From: Octopus sinensis
Lineage: Eukaryota
NCBI RefSeq assembly: GCF_006345805.1
Contig: NC_043022.1
Span: 1,054,001 to 1,118,000 of the forward strand
Direction of reading: 5' to 3'
Length of the DNA stretch: 64,000 bases
Below, one piece after another: positions 51,255 to 62,878 of the stretch. The notes under the pieces were generated by a model. That model ran no database searches, was not told the DNA's origin, and saw nothing but the letters and a program-made list of their open reading frames with translations. Position 1 is the stretch's first letter; the number at the start of each line of letters is the position of its first letter. The position numbers were made by a program, and so were the translations under genes.

Positions 51255-51720
51255 GTATACGTACATACGTAACATGTATGTACGTATGTATGTGTGTATG
51301 TATATGTATGTATGTACGTATGTATGTGTGTATGTATATGTATGTATGTATGTATGTGTGTATGTATGTATGTATGTATGTATGTATGTGTGTATGTATG
51401 TGTGTATGTATGTATGTATGTGTGTATGTATGTATGTATGTATGTATGTATGTATGTATGTATGTATGTGTGTGTATGTATGAATGTATATAATGTGCAT
51501 ATATATGTATGTATGCATATATGTATATGCGAATGTATTCATTTGTATGCGTTTTTATATGTATGCATGCATGTATGTATGGATGGATGCGTGCATTCAT
51601 GCATGTATTTATTATGTATGTATATATGTGTGTATGTATGTATATTTAAATGTATGTATGCATATATATGTATATGCGAATGTGTGCATTTGTATGCGTT
51701 TTTATATGTATGAATGTATG
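51255..51720. repeat. (GTAT)n-derived low-complexity array
   Basis: Direct. Confidence 0.9.
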
Positions 51721-51990
51721 TACACACACACAGATCGATCGATAGATAGATAGGTAGACAGAGAAAAAGAAAGATAAATGTAGTTAATATATATGTATAT
51801 ATACGTATATATAAATACTCATTACATATGTATCTTTGCATAATAAAAATTATCTAAGTTCTGTCTAGACTTCCTACTCGAGTGGCACTTTTGCATAGCA
51901 AACTCATTATTTCTGTTGAAAGCAGTCAATAAACATTCAAATAATCTCTCTCTCTCTCTTTCTCTGTGTATATATATATATATATATATA

Positions 51991-52270
51991 CTTTATTTAA
52001 AAGCAGCAGAAATTTAACAAAAGCTGTTACTCGGAGTTTCACGTTCCTGTTCGTCGAACAGTTTTGTTAAAATAGAACCAAGATGTCTTGATAGAATTGT
52101 CATCTTGGTTCTATTTTAACAAAACTGTCCGATGAACAGGAACGTGAAACTCCGAGTAACAGCTTTTGTTAAATTTCTGCTGCTTTTAAATAAAGCATAT
52201 TACTCTACCATTGGTATTTGAGTACTCTTTTTTCCACCTTGTTTCACATTTATGAGTTTACTCCAGTATA
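51991..52270 (+). mobile_element. Penelope-like foldback element with two HHR-like folds
   Basis: Arms 51991-52085 and 52101-52196, tail to ~52270; flanked by (TA)n. Confidence 0.75.
52116..52172 (+). ncRNA. Type I HHR-like fold with long stem I (U4C core)
   Basis: ttaacaaaactgt CCGATGA ac aggaac gt GAAA ctc c gag TA acagcttttgttaa; mirror copy on the - strand at 52014-52070. Confidence 0.65.
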
Positions 52271-52289
52271 TATATTTATATATATAGAG

Positions 52290-52475
52290 AGAATTCACAA
52301 TAAACAAAAGACGAAGATAAGGTGGTGTAGACAACAAACAGATGTATTAGTTTAACACTCGGGAAGTGAAAAAGTATTTCACGTTTCGAGCCTACGCTCT
52401 TTAACAGAAAGGAACACAGAAAGAAACAAGGAGAGAAAATAAAGAATGTGTAGCGACTAGCAATCTATCATGGCG
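52290..52475 (-). mobile_element. Short element with degenerate atypical HHR-like motif
   Basis: Same family as 10583-10760. Confidence 0.55.
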
Positions 52476-52877
52476 AATAGATAGATAGATAGATAGATAG
52501 ATTGAAAGCATACTACAAACTGAGCGATCCTGGTATAGGAATTTAATAAGCTTCTAGCATGTACACAGCTAGTATACATGACAAGAACTGGACAACATTC
52601 TAGGAATAGAGTTTAATACAAGTTGTATGTTATACAATCCATCCCATATTGAAACCAATGGAAATTTCGTCAAGCTGACAGTCACTATATTACTCATAGT
52701 TTAGCAACGAAGACTGCCAAACATGCAAACAAAAATCCAAGAACATAAGAAATGGTAACGGGAAATAAAGACTACATATGTTTCGTAGCTAAAACACTGT
52801 GTTTAGCTTTGAAACATACGTAGTCTTTATTTACTGCTTTCCATTCCTTCCATTCTTTACATTCTTGAATACACACA

Positions 52878-52931
<54 letters not shown>

Positions 52932-52940
52932 TATTATATA

Positions 52941-53004
<64 letters not shown>

Positions 53005-53199
53005 AGCGATAGTCTTCTTATTTACCTAAAAACTCTATTCTATAATTCTAATTTATTCATTTATCTACTTTATCACTGATTCTTTTGACCACTCCCCTAG
53101 GAAAGACAGTATGTGCCCTGCCTACCCCAAAAAAGTCCCCCACCACCACCCCATTAAATCTGCCTAAATGTATAAATGCCAAAACTATTCTTGACACCA

Positions 53200-53250
53200 A
53201 GCTTCCTGATGATTTCATTTGAATGAAACAGTTCTAGTCCTGTAGAAGCT
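53200..53250 (+). ncRNA. Type I HHR in element 53000-53260
   Basis: agcttc CTGATGA t ttc attt gaa t GAAA cag ttctagtc ctg TA gaagct. Confidence 0.8.
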
Positions 53251-53270
53251 CCTTCTATAAAATTTAAAAA

Positions 53271-53303
<33 letters not shown>

Positions 53304-53859
53304 TTAAAAAAAGAAATAAAACATATGCATATATATAAACATATATGTACGTACCTACCTCTACATGTACATATACACGCATATATGAGTACAGGACACC
53401 AAAAGGACGTTGAACACAATGAGAAACGAAAACATAGACACAAACCAAAGGAACTGGACATTTTTTTAAAGGCAACAAAAAATGGAGTACAGGACAATTA
53501 ACACAAAGAAAAAAACCCTTCTTCAGTCACTAAAGGTTTCATCTACTCTACATTTCGAAGGATAAAACACCATATACACATATATGTGTGTGTGTTTATG
53601 TATGTGTATATATATATATATATATATAAAATAGTGTACAGTTAAACACAAGAGAAAACTAACTTTAACAGGTAATTTTTACACGCTAGAAGAAGCAGTC
53701 AAAACGACCAAAACCACATTTAAGAGCAATTTTCAAAGGGAATGAAAAATAAAAAACTTTTACCTTGTTATTTTTTTACAGTTATATCTAATTTTTTATA
53801 CATGCTAGGCCACTGGTGGTGAAATTTCTAAAAATATTCGCCACCCTATATAATTTTAC

Positions 53860-53891
<32 letters not shown>

Positions 53892-53894
53892 TCT

Positions 53895-54172
53895 TACTCT
53901 TTACTCTTTTATTTGTTTGTCATTTGACTGCGGCCATGCTGGAGCACCACCTTTAGTCGAGGAAACTGACCACAGGACTTATTCTTTGTAAGCATAGTAC
54001 TTATTCTATTGGTCTCTTTTGCTGAACCACCAAGTTACAAGGATGTAAACACACCACCATCTGTTGTCAAGCGATGTTGGGGGGGACAAACACACTTGCC
54101 CAAGGTGCCACGCAGTGGGACTGAACCCGGAACCATGTGGTTGGTAAGCAAGCTACTTACCACACAGCCACT
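53895..54172 (-). mobile_element. SINE family A, internally deleted
   Basis: Family match. Confidence 0.85.
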
Positions 54173-54648
54173 ATATCTTCCCTTCTTTCCTGAGCGTCCA
54201 ATAATATTTTATTTGTTCCACGTCCTTGCGTTGATGTGTTTTTTGGGGTTTTTTTGTGTTTTCTTGTTTGGATTAACTATATATATATATATATATATAA
54301 CTAATGTGGCCTGCTCGCTTAGCCAGCGGGGTGGCGTCATTCGAAGGCTAAAACAGTGCGAATGCATTGTGACCAGCGATGTGTAACAACATCTGATGGT
54401 CTGGTCGGTCACGTGATCATGTGATATATAACTAATGTAGGATAAAAAATTTTTCGGGAAAAAAATTTTATCAATGGCCAGCATATCAAAAAATACCATT
54501 AAAGGTTAAATTTATAAATAATTTACAAAATAAGGGCAAAATAAAAATTTTAATGCTAAATATGCCGAAAAAAAGACAAAAATTGTCAATAAACATTATA
54601 ATTTATGTGTCTCGAAACAAGCTGATAGAAATTTCTAAAAAATCGTTA

Positions 54649-54709
54649 TTACCGTATTGGTCCCAATTTCGGGGTTAATTCATAAGAATTTTCCCCTCTT
54701 CAGCGATAA
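54649..54709 (-). ncRNA. Type I HHR with fully canonical core
   Basis: ttatcg CTGAAGA gggg aa aattc ttat gaatt aa cccc GAAA ttgg ga ccaa TA cggtaa. Confidence 0.85.
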
Positions 54710-54754
54710 ATACGTGGAAGGAATGAGTATGAGTAAGTATTTCACTTATATCCA

Positions 54755-54812
54755 CGCTGAAGAGGGGAAAATTCTTATGAATTAAACCCGAAATTGGGAC
54801 CCAATACGGTAA
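54755..54812 (+). ncRNA. HHR mirror copy with truncated stem I
   Basis: cg CTGAAGA gggg..ccc GAAA ttggg a cccaa TA cg. Confidence 0.6.
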
Positions 54813-54937
54813 TACGGATTTTTTAGAAATTTCTATCGGCTTGTTTCGAGACGCATAAATATAATGGTTATTGACAATTTTTGTCTTTTTTTTAGGCATA
54901 TTTGGCATTAGAATGTATATGTATATATATATATGTA

Positions 54938-54982
<45 letters not shown>

Positions 54983-55595
54983 TATGTATATATATGCATG
55001 TATATAGATGTGTGTGTGTGTATGTGTATATACAAAGTGACACCATCCCTTTTAGCATATCTATTATAACTCTGTGGAAATGAAGCAATGTAACTGGTGT
55101 TTTCAAGATGGTATTTGAAAGACATGCTGTGTGCTTATGTGTGTGTTTTTATGGATAAATTGTTTGAAATCCTGCACAGTTTATATAAAGAGAGAAAAGT
55201 TGTCTGTATTTGGACAAAAACCATTTACACCGAAATGGATGAAAGCGCTAAATCCAGAGATTTTAACCAATTCCTGATCTCTTTTTATCAATACCACACA
55301 CACACACACTTAATAGTATGCATATGTGTGTGTGTTTAATATATTTATATACGTCTTCCATTCTATTCACCCACCTGAATAATCCATTCCTGACATATCT
55401 ATGGTAGTTGACATACATACATATATACATACATACACATCTCTCTCTCTCTCTCTCTGTCTATCTATCTATCTATCTACCTATCTATCTGTCTGTCTGT
55501 CTATCTATCTATCTTTTTCTATTTCTCTAAATATAATATTCATATAATATATGTATATATAGATTTAAATGTGTGTGTATATATATATGTGTGTG

Positions 55596-55638
<43 letters not shown>

Positions 55639-55739
55639 GTATATATATATGTATGTATGTATATATATATATATATGTATGTATGTAAGTATATATAAAT
55701 ATATATATATATATATGTGTGTATGTATATGCATATATG

Positions 55740-55770
<31 letters not shown>

Positions 55771-57169
55771 GTGTATATAATATATATATATATATATAGA
55801 TATTATATTATATGTGTGTATGTATGTGTGTGTGGTGTGGTATGTATGTATGTATGTAGTATGTATGTATGTATGTATGTTGTAGTATGTATGTATGCTA
55901 GTATGGATGTATGTATGTATGATGTATGTATGTATGTATGTATGTATGTATGTATGTATGTATGTATGTATGTATGTATGTATGTATATGTATGCATATA
56001 TCAGGCAAGAAACATGGTAAACATGTGGAAGACGGTCAGACAGTTACCAAAACCAGAATCGATTTAAATTTAGCTCCAGAGATGGATTTTTAGTCTTCGC
56101 TTGTGTATATTTATACCAGGTTTATACAAGGTAACGCATCGACAGACAAGTTGTGGTGGGGGGAGCGGCCATGAGAGGTGATGATGATGATAATGTTGGT
56201 AGTGATGGTGGTAGTGGTGGTGGTGGTGGTGGTGGTGGTGGTGGTAATAGCAATGGTGGTGCTGTTGATGGTGGAGGTGTTCATGATGATGAAGAGAAGA
56301 GGATGATGGTGTTGGCGGTGATGGTGCTGTGGTTGCTTGTGGTAGTGATGATGGTGCAGAGAAGGAAGAAGAGGAAGGTAGTGGTGGTTGTAGTGCTGCT
56401 GCTGCTGTTGTTGTTGTTGTTAAGCAACAAGAAGGGTGAGGGTGTTTAGGTGATGGTCTAGGGCTTAGGAGCGGGAGACCCCAGACATTGGAAAAAAAAA
56501 ACTTTGGTCGTCCTGTTATAGTCGAGGGCTCTTCGTTGACGCCTGACACCACTGGGAGGTGGCCCTCGAAGTCGCTGGAAAGGGAGATCTCCAGGTCCAA
56601 ATTCTTGAACGGCTGCTGGTGGCAACAGTGATGTTTAGCCCCAGATCAGTCTTGATCCAGCAGAAGTATAATCAAAAGACATTCCAGTTATGACCATTTC
56701 TTTTTTTCCCTTTTATGGTGATTTCTCTGCTATTTCTAGCAGGTCGAGGGACCATTATGAAATCCATTGCCCTTGCTTGATTATACAGAAACTGATTTAA
56801 TTAATTGTTGTCGATGAGTGTTACAAAATTCTCAGGCTAGACAGCTAGTTACTCCAATGAAACTCCTTTGCATGCCGTGTGTGTATTAGAGAGAGAGAGA
56901 GAGAACATAGCAGAGATCTCCCTCTCGTATGTTCACCCTGTCGAGTTATCAGTTAAACATAAACACGACAATTACCAAAACCCTAACCCTAACCCTTGCA
57001 ACCTTTTCAATAGCCTTGAAAATGTTGTAAAGACACAACGAAAATTTTAGAAAAATAAAAAAGAAATAAGTGGAAAATTTATTGGTGAGTGTGTCAAATT
57101 ATAAGGCACCAAAAGAGAATGACTCTCCACAGACAATAGAATATCCTTAATTTTAAAATATATATATAT

Positions 57170-57410
57170 ATCATCATCGTTTAGCGTCCACTTTCCATGC
57201 TAGCATTGGTTGCATGGTTCAACTGGGGTCTGGGAAGCCAGAAGGCTGCACCAGGCCCAGTCTGATCTGGCAATGTTTCTATGGCTGGATGCCCTTCTTA
57301 ACACCAACCACTCTGTGAGTGTAGTGGGTGCTTTTACGTGCCACCGGCACAGGTTCCATACGAGGCTGGCAAACAGCCACGATCGGATGGCGCTTTTTAC
57401 GTGCCACATA
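57170..57410 (-). mobile_element. RTE LINE 3' UTR fragment (duplicated at 58939-59179)
   Basis: Family match. Confidence 0.8.
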
Positions 57411-58106
57411 AATAATAGAGACAAAATCGTATAATCACAACAAATTTTCCATGGCTAAAAACCATGCAAATAATTTATATTGTCATATTTAATAATAAAT
57501 ATATTACTTAACACTTCTGCATTAATACAAAAGGCAAGAGATTCATTCAAAATAATGCAGAATTTGATCTATATCATCAGGTGAAAGAAAATTGTGTATT
57601 TTGCTGGCCTATATATACATACATACATGTATGTATATATGTATATATATATATATACACACACACACATATATATATTTCCTTTTTATATTCTATGTCT
57701 ATAAGAGATCTCTCAAAATGATTACAGCAGTAAATTAGGTTTTCAGTGACATATTTACTTATTTACTTCAAGTATGATGCACAAATAGCTATTTTAGACT
57801 AATACTCCTTCTTTATAAAACAGCGAATATGAATACACAAATACACAAACACACGAACACACACACATACACACACACAACGAACACACACACATACAAC
57901 ACACACACGAACACACCACACATACACACACACACGAACACAAACACATACACACACACACGAAACACAACACATACATACATGCATAAATATAAATTTT
58001 TGTTTTGATATCATACGTTTACAACAGATCTTCAAGATTAATATCAAAGTAAATTAGGTTTCCAATGACGTATCTGCTTTAAGTAAAATGCACAGATTGC
58101 TGTTTT

Positions 58107-58206
58107 NNNNNNNNNNNNNNNNNNNNNNNNNNNNNNNNNNNNNNNNNNNNNNNNNNNNNNNNNNNNNNNNNNNNNNNNNNNNNNNNNNNNNNNNNNNNNN
58201 NNNNNN
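58107..58206. other. Assembly gap of 100 N
   Basis: Direct. Confidence 1.
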
Positions 58207-59986
58207 GGGTGTTTAGGTGATGGTCTAGGGCTTAGGAGAGGGAGACCCCCAGACATTGGAAAAAAAAAAACTTTGGTCGTCTGTTATAGTCGAGGGCTCT
58301 TCGTTGACGCCTGACACCACTGGGAGGTGGCCCTCGAAGTCGCTGGAAAGGGAGATCTCCAGGTCCAAATTCTTGAACGGCTGCTGGTGGCAACAGTGAT
58401 GTTTAGCCCCAGATCAGTCTTGATCCAGCAGAAGTATAATCAAAAGACATTCCAGTTATGACCATTTCTTTTTTTCCCTTTTATGGTGATTTCTCTGCTA
58501 TTTCTAGCAGGTCGAGGGACCATTATGAAATCCATTGCCCTTGCTTGATTATACAGAAACTGATTTAATTAAATTGTTGTCGATGAGTGTTACAAATTCT
58601 CAGGCTAGACAGCTAGTTACTCCAAATGAAACTCCTTTGCATGCCGTGTGTGTATTAGAGAGAGAGAGAGAGAACATAGCAGAGATCTCCCTCTCGTATG
58701 TTCACCCTGTCGAGTTATCAGTTAAACATAAACACGACAATTACCAAAACCCTAACCCTAACCCTTGCAACCTTTTCAATAGCCTTGAAAATGTTGTAAA
58801 GACACAACGAAAATTTTAGAAAAATAAAAAAGAAATAAGTGGAAAATTTATTGGTGAGTGTGTCAAATTATAAGGCACCAAAAGAGAATGACTCTCCACA
58901 GACAATAGAATATCCTTAATTTTAAAATATATATATATATCATCATCGTTTAGCGTCCACTTTCCATGCTAGCATTGGTTGCATGGTTCAACTGGGGTCT
59001 GGGAAGCCAGAAGGCTGCACCAGGCCCAGTCTGATCTGGCAATGTTTCTATGGCTGGATGCCCTTCTTAACACCAACCACTCTGTGAGTGTAGTGGGTGC
59101 TTTTACGTGCCACCGGCACAGGTTCCATACGAGGCTGGCAAACAGCCACGATCGGATGGCGCTTTTTACGTGCCACATAAATAATAGAGACAAAATCGTA
59201 TAATCACAACAAATTTTCCATGGCTAAAAACCATGCAAATAATTTATATTGTCATATTTAATAATAAATATATTACTTAACACTTCTGCATTAATACAAA
59301 AGGCAAGAGATTCATTCAAAATAATGCAGAATTTGATCTATATCATCAGGTGAAAGAAAATTGTGTATTTTGCTGGCCTATATATACATACATACATGTA
59401 TGTATATATGTATATATATATATATACACACACACACATATATATATTTCCTTTTTATATTCTATGTCTATAAGAGATCTCTCAAAATGATTACAGCAGT
59501 AAATTAGGTTTTCAGTGACATATTTACTTATTTACTTCAAGTATGATGCACAAATAGCTATTTTAGACTAATACTCCTTCTTTATAAAACAGCGAATATG
59601 AATACACAAATACACAAACACACGAACACACACACATACACACACACACGAACACACACACATACACACACACACGAACACACACACATACACACACACA
59701 CGAACACACACACATACACACACACACGAACACACACACATACATACATGCATACATATAAATTTTTGTTTTGATATCATACGTTTACAACAGATCTTTC
59801 AAGATTAATATCAAAGTAAATTAGGTTTCCAATGACGTATCTGCTTTAAGTAAAATGCACAGATTGCTGTTTTAAACTAATAATCCTTCTTTAGCACAAA
59901 CACCTAATATAAATACACATACACACCTACATGCATTCATATATATACACATATGTCTGTGTCAGTGTGTGTGTGTATTTCACTAG

Positions 59987-60156
59987 ATTGGCAAAAGAAG
60001 CAATCTTTGGCACAGATGCCAAGGTGCCGGTGCTTTACAGCAGAAACTCTTCCATTATTCAACAGGAACCAAACCAGCCTCACTTCCACAAACACTGACT
60101 GCGGCACAGAGTTAACAGCAGCTCAGACAATGCAGTGTTTTTCCAGATTTGCTAAC
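59987..60156 (+). CDS. Candidate host exon (170 bp), product unknown
   Basis: Unique sequence; acceptor tatttcactag|A, donor AAC|gtaagc; open frame WQKKQSLAQMPRCRCFTAETLPLFNRNQ..CFSRFAN. Confidence 0.25.
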
Positions 60157-60377
60157 GTAAGCACAACTGGTGATGCTGACTCGAAAGAAGCTTGTATAAC
60201 CTTTAGACAGAAACACACTTTGATAAATTGCCAAACAGTTTCATACAAACACACACACACACATATATATGTATACATGTATATTTCTACACACACATAC
60301 ACACACACATACGTATTCATCTCTCTCTCTCCACACACACACACCTATATCTCTATCTAGCAATCTGTGTATATATA

Positions 60378-60418
<41 letters not shown>

Positions 60419-60487
60419 TCTACGCATATATATGCATACACTTATAAGCTCTTGGCCTTTACGTCACTCTGAAAACTTCTGCTGGTT

Positions 60488-60533
<46 letters not shown>

Positions 60534-60708
60534 GTAACACGTGTGTGTGTGTGTGTATGCTCCTGTTGTTGACGCCATAAGAATTTCATATACTTCTGAG
60601 AGAATGTAAAATATTTCTTGTTTGGAACGGTGTTTCTTGAAGCACATCACATAATGCTTTAAAGAACAGCACATAAATATTGATTGGAAAAAAAAAAAGA
60701 AGGTCAAA

Positions 60709-60782
60709 GGCTACCTTTGGGACTCAAACCTCCTATCTCCTGTAAACATGACAGATGTTTTACCACTGTACCAAAGCAATCC
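60709..60782 (-). pseudogene. tRNA-like pseudogene (Thr-TGT-like) followed by oligo-T
   Basis: tggtacagtggtaa A-box-like, stem tctgt/acagg with loop catgttt, ggtttgagtccc B-box-like, T run downstream; non-canonical loop bases and poor acceptor stem. Confidence 0.35.
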
Positions 60783-61070
60783 TTGAAATTCCTCTTTTCA
60801 TTTTAGACCCTTTATTCTTATCAATGAGATTTGTATGTTGTTGACGTCAGAAGAATAAAAAAAATAAACTTTGAGGGGAACTTAAAATATTTCTTTCTTT
60901 GGATCAACTCAGTTCTCAAATGCTATTCTTTAGAGCTTTCTTTATATTCTCATGTTCTAAGTTCTAATTTCCTGCTTGCATCACCAAGACTTAATATATA
61001 TATATATACATATTATATATATATATATGTGTATATATATATATATAGATATATATATATATATATATAT

Positions 61071-61463
61071 GGATGGATGGAAGCACTCTGTCGGTTACGA
61101 CGACGAGGGTTCCGGTGATCCGAATCAACGGAACAGCCTGCTCGTGAAATTAACGTGTAAGTGGCTGAGCACTCCACAGACACATGTACCCTTAACGTAG
61201 TTCTCGGGATATTCAGCGTGACACAGAGAGTGACAAGGCCGGCCCTTGAAATACAGGTACAACAGAAACAGGAAGTAAGAGTGAGAGAAAGTTGTGGTGT
61301 GGTGAAAGAGTACAGCAGGGATCACCACCATCCCCTGCCGGAGCCTCGTGGAGCTTTTAGGTATTTTTGCTCAATAAACACTCACAACGCCCGGTCTGGG
61401 AATCGAAACCGCGATCCTATGACCACGAGTCCGCTGCCCTAACCACTGGGCCATGCGCGCCTC

Positions 61464-61466
<3 letters not shown>
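61071..61466 (-). mobile_element. SINE family C, full length, inserted in (TA)n
   Basis: Matches 1984-2370. Confidence 0.9.
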
Positions 61467-61516
<50 letters not shown>

Positions 61517-61994
61517 ATATATATAGACTAGCTGGCCCTGTGCCGTCAAAAAAAATGAGGGCTAATGGTAGTATTTCATATTTAAATAAGGACAAAAGAT
61601 AGAATATGGATGGTAATTCAAATTAATACACTCCTCAATGTTTTCTAGCAGTTCTCTTTTGAGATGAAACTTTGATCATCATTTGTTACTGAAAGAACGC
61701 TGGTTCACACATACATTTACATACTTTCCTTGTACACGCACACGCATATACTCACACAGAATTGAAATGCTGTTTGATTTTTCTTTTCAGCATTGAATGT
61801 TCACCATCCCACTTCCATTACACACACACACACACACACAAACATTCATATATCTCCCATTTACATACACACACATATACTCACACAGAGTTGAAATGCT
61901 GTTTGATTTTTTTGTAACCATACTATTTCTATCATCCCACTACCAGTTTGCCATCACCCCTTCCTTTCTCATTCATATGTTGTGACAGAGAAAA

Positions 61995-62247
61995 ACATGG
62001 CACGTAAAAGGCACCAACCAATTGTGGCCGTTGCCAGCCCCCTCTGACTCCTGTGCCGGTGGCACGTAAAAAGCACCCACTACACTCACAGAGTGGTTGG
62101 CATTATGAAGGGCATCCAGCTGTAGAAATACTTGCCAGATCAGACTGGAGCCTGGCGCAGCCTCCTGGCTTCCCAGACCCGGTTGAACAGTCCAACCCAT
62201 GCTAGCATAGAAAACAGACGTTAAATGATGATGAGGATGATGATGAT
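61995..62247 (+). mobile_element. RTE LINE 3' UTR with (GAT)n tail
   Basis: Family match. Confidence 0.8.
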
Positions 62248-62320
62248 ATGTAATACATATATATAATATATATATATATATATTATAATATATATAATTT
62301 GAAACTGACTTATTGGAAGT

Positions 62321-62362
62321 CCACTGAAGATTGTCGATCAAGACAAGAAACAATTGTAGTGG
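62321..62362 (+). ncRNA. Minimal type I HHR-like fold
   Basis: cca CTGAAGA ttgtc gatcaa gacaa GAAA caattg TA gtgg; stem I/C3 register is ambiguous by one base. Confidence 0.65.
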
Positions 62363-62467
62363 CGTTTTTTTTGACTATTTATTAAAATTTTATGTATTGA
62401 TTAAGTCTTTCCTTGTTTGTTTTGCAAAATAGTGGTTTTGTCTCTAATAATATTTTATATATATATA

Positions 62468-62526
<59 letters not shown>

Positions 62527-62878
62527 ATGATGATGATTTGGCAGGGCAGGGTTTTCTATGGCTGGATGCCCTTCCTAATACCAACCACTCTGAGAATGTA
62601 ATGGGTGTTTTTGTATGCCACCGGTACAGCTGCCAATTTGCATGACAATGGTATCTGCCACAACTGCGATTTTGACAACCAATGCTGGTGTGTTTACGTC
62701 CCTGTAACTTAGCAGTTCAGCAAAAGAGTTCGACAGAATAAGTACTAGGCTTATAAAAGAATAAGTCCCAGAGTTGATTTGTTTGAATAGAGGCAGTGCT
62801 CCAGCATGGCCGCAGTCAAATAAAAAGAAAAAAGAATGAATGAATAAATATTAAATTACAAAATATTTTCTAAACAAC

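Larger units (their letters stand above)
54440..54912 (-). mobile_element. Penelope-like foldback element with two HHRs
   Basis: Arms ~54550-54706 and 54755-54912; the left arm continues as a tail to ~54440 (approximate). Confidence 0.7.

Noticed and set aside
59986-60025. RLAKEAIFG resemblance to a BEN-like motif
   Set aside because: The frame stops after about 37 codons, and downstream residues do not follow the domain pattern.
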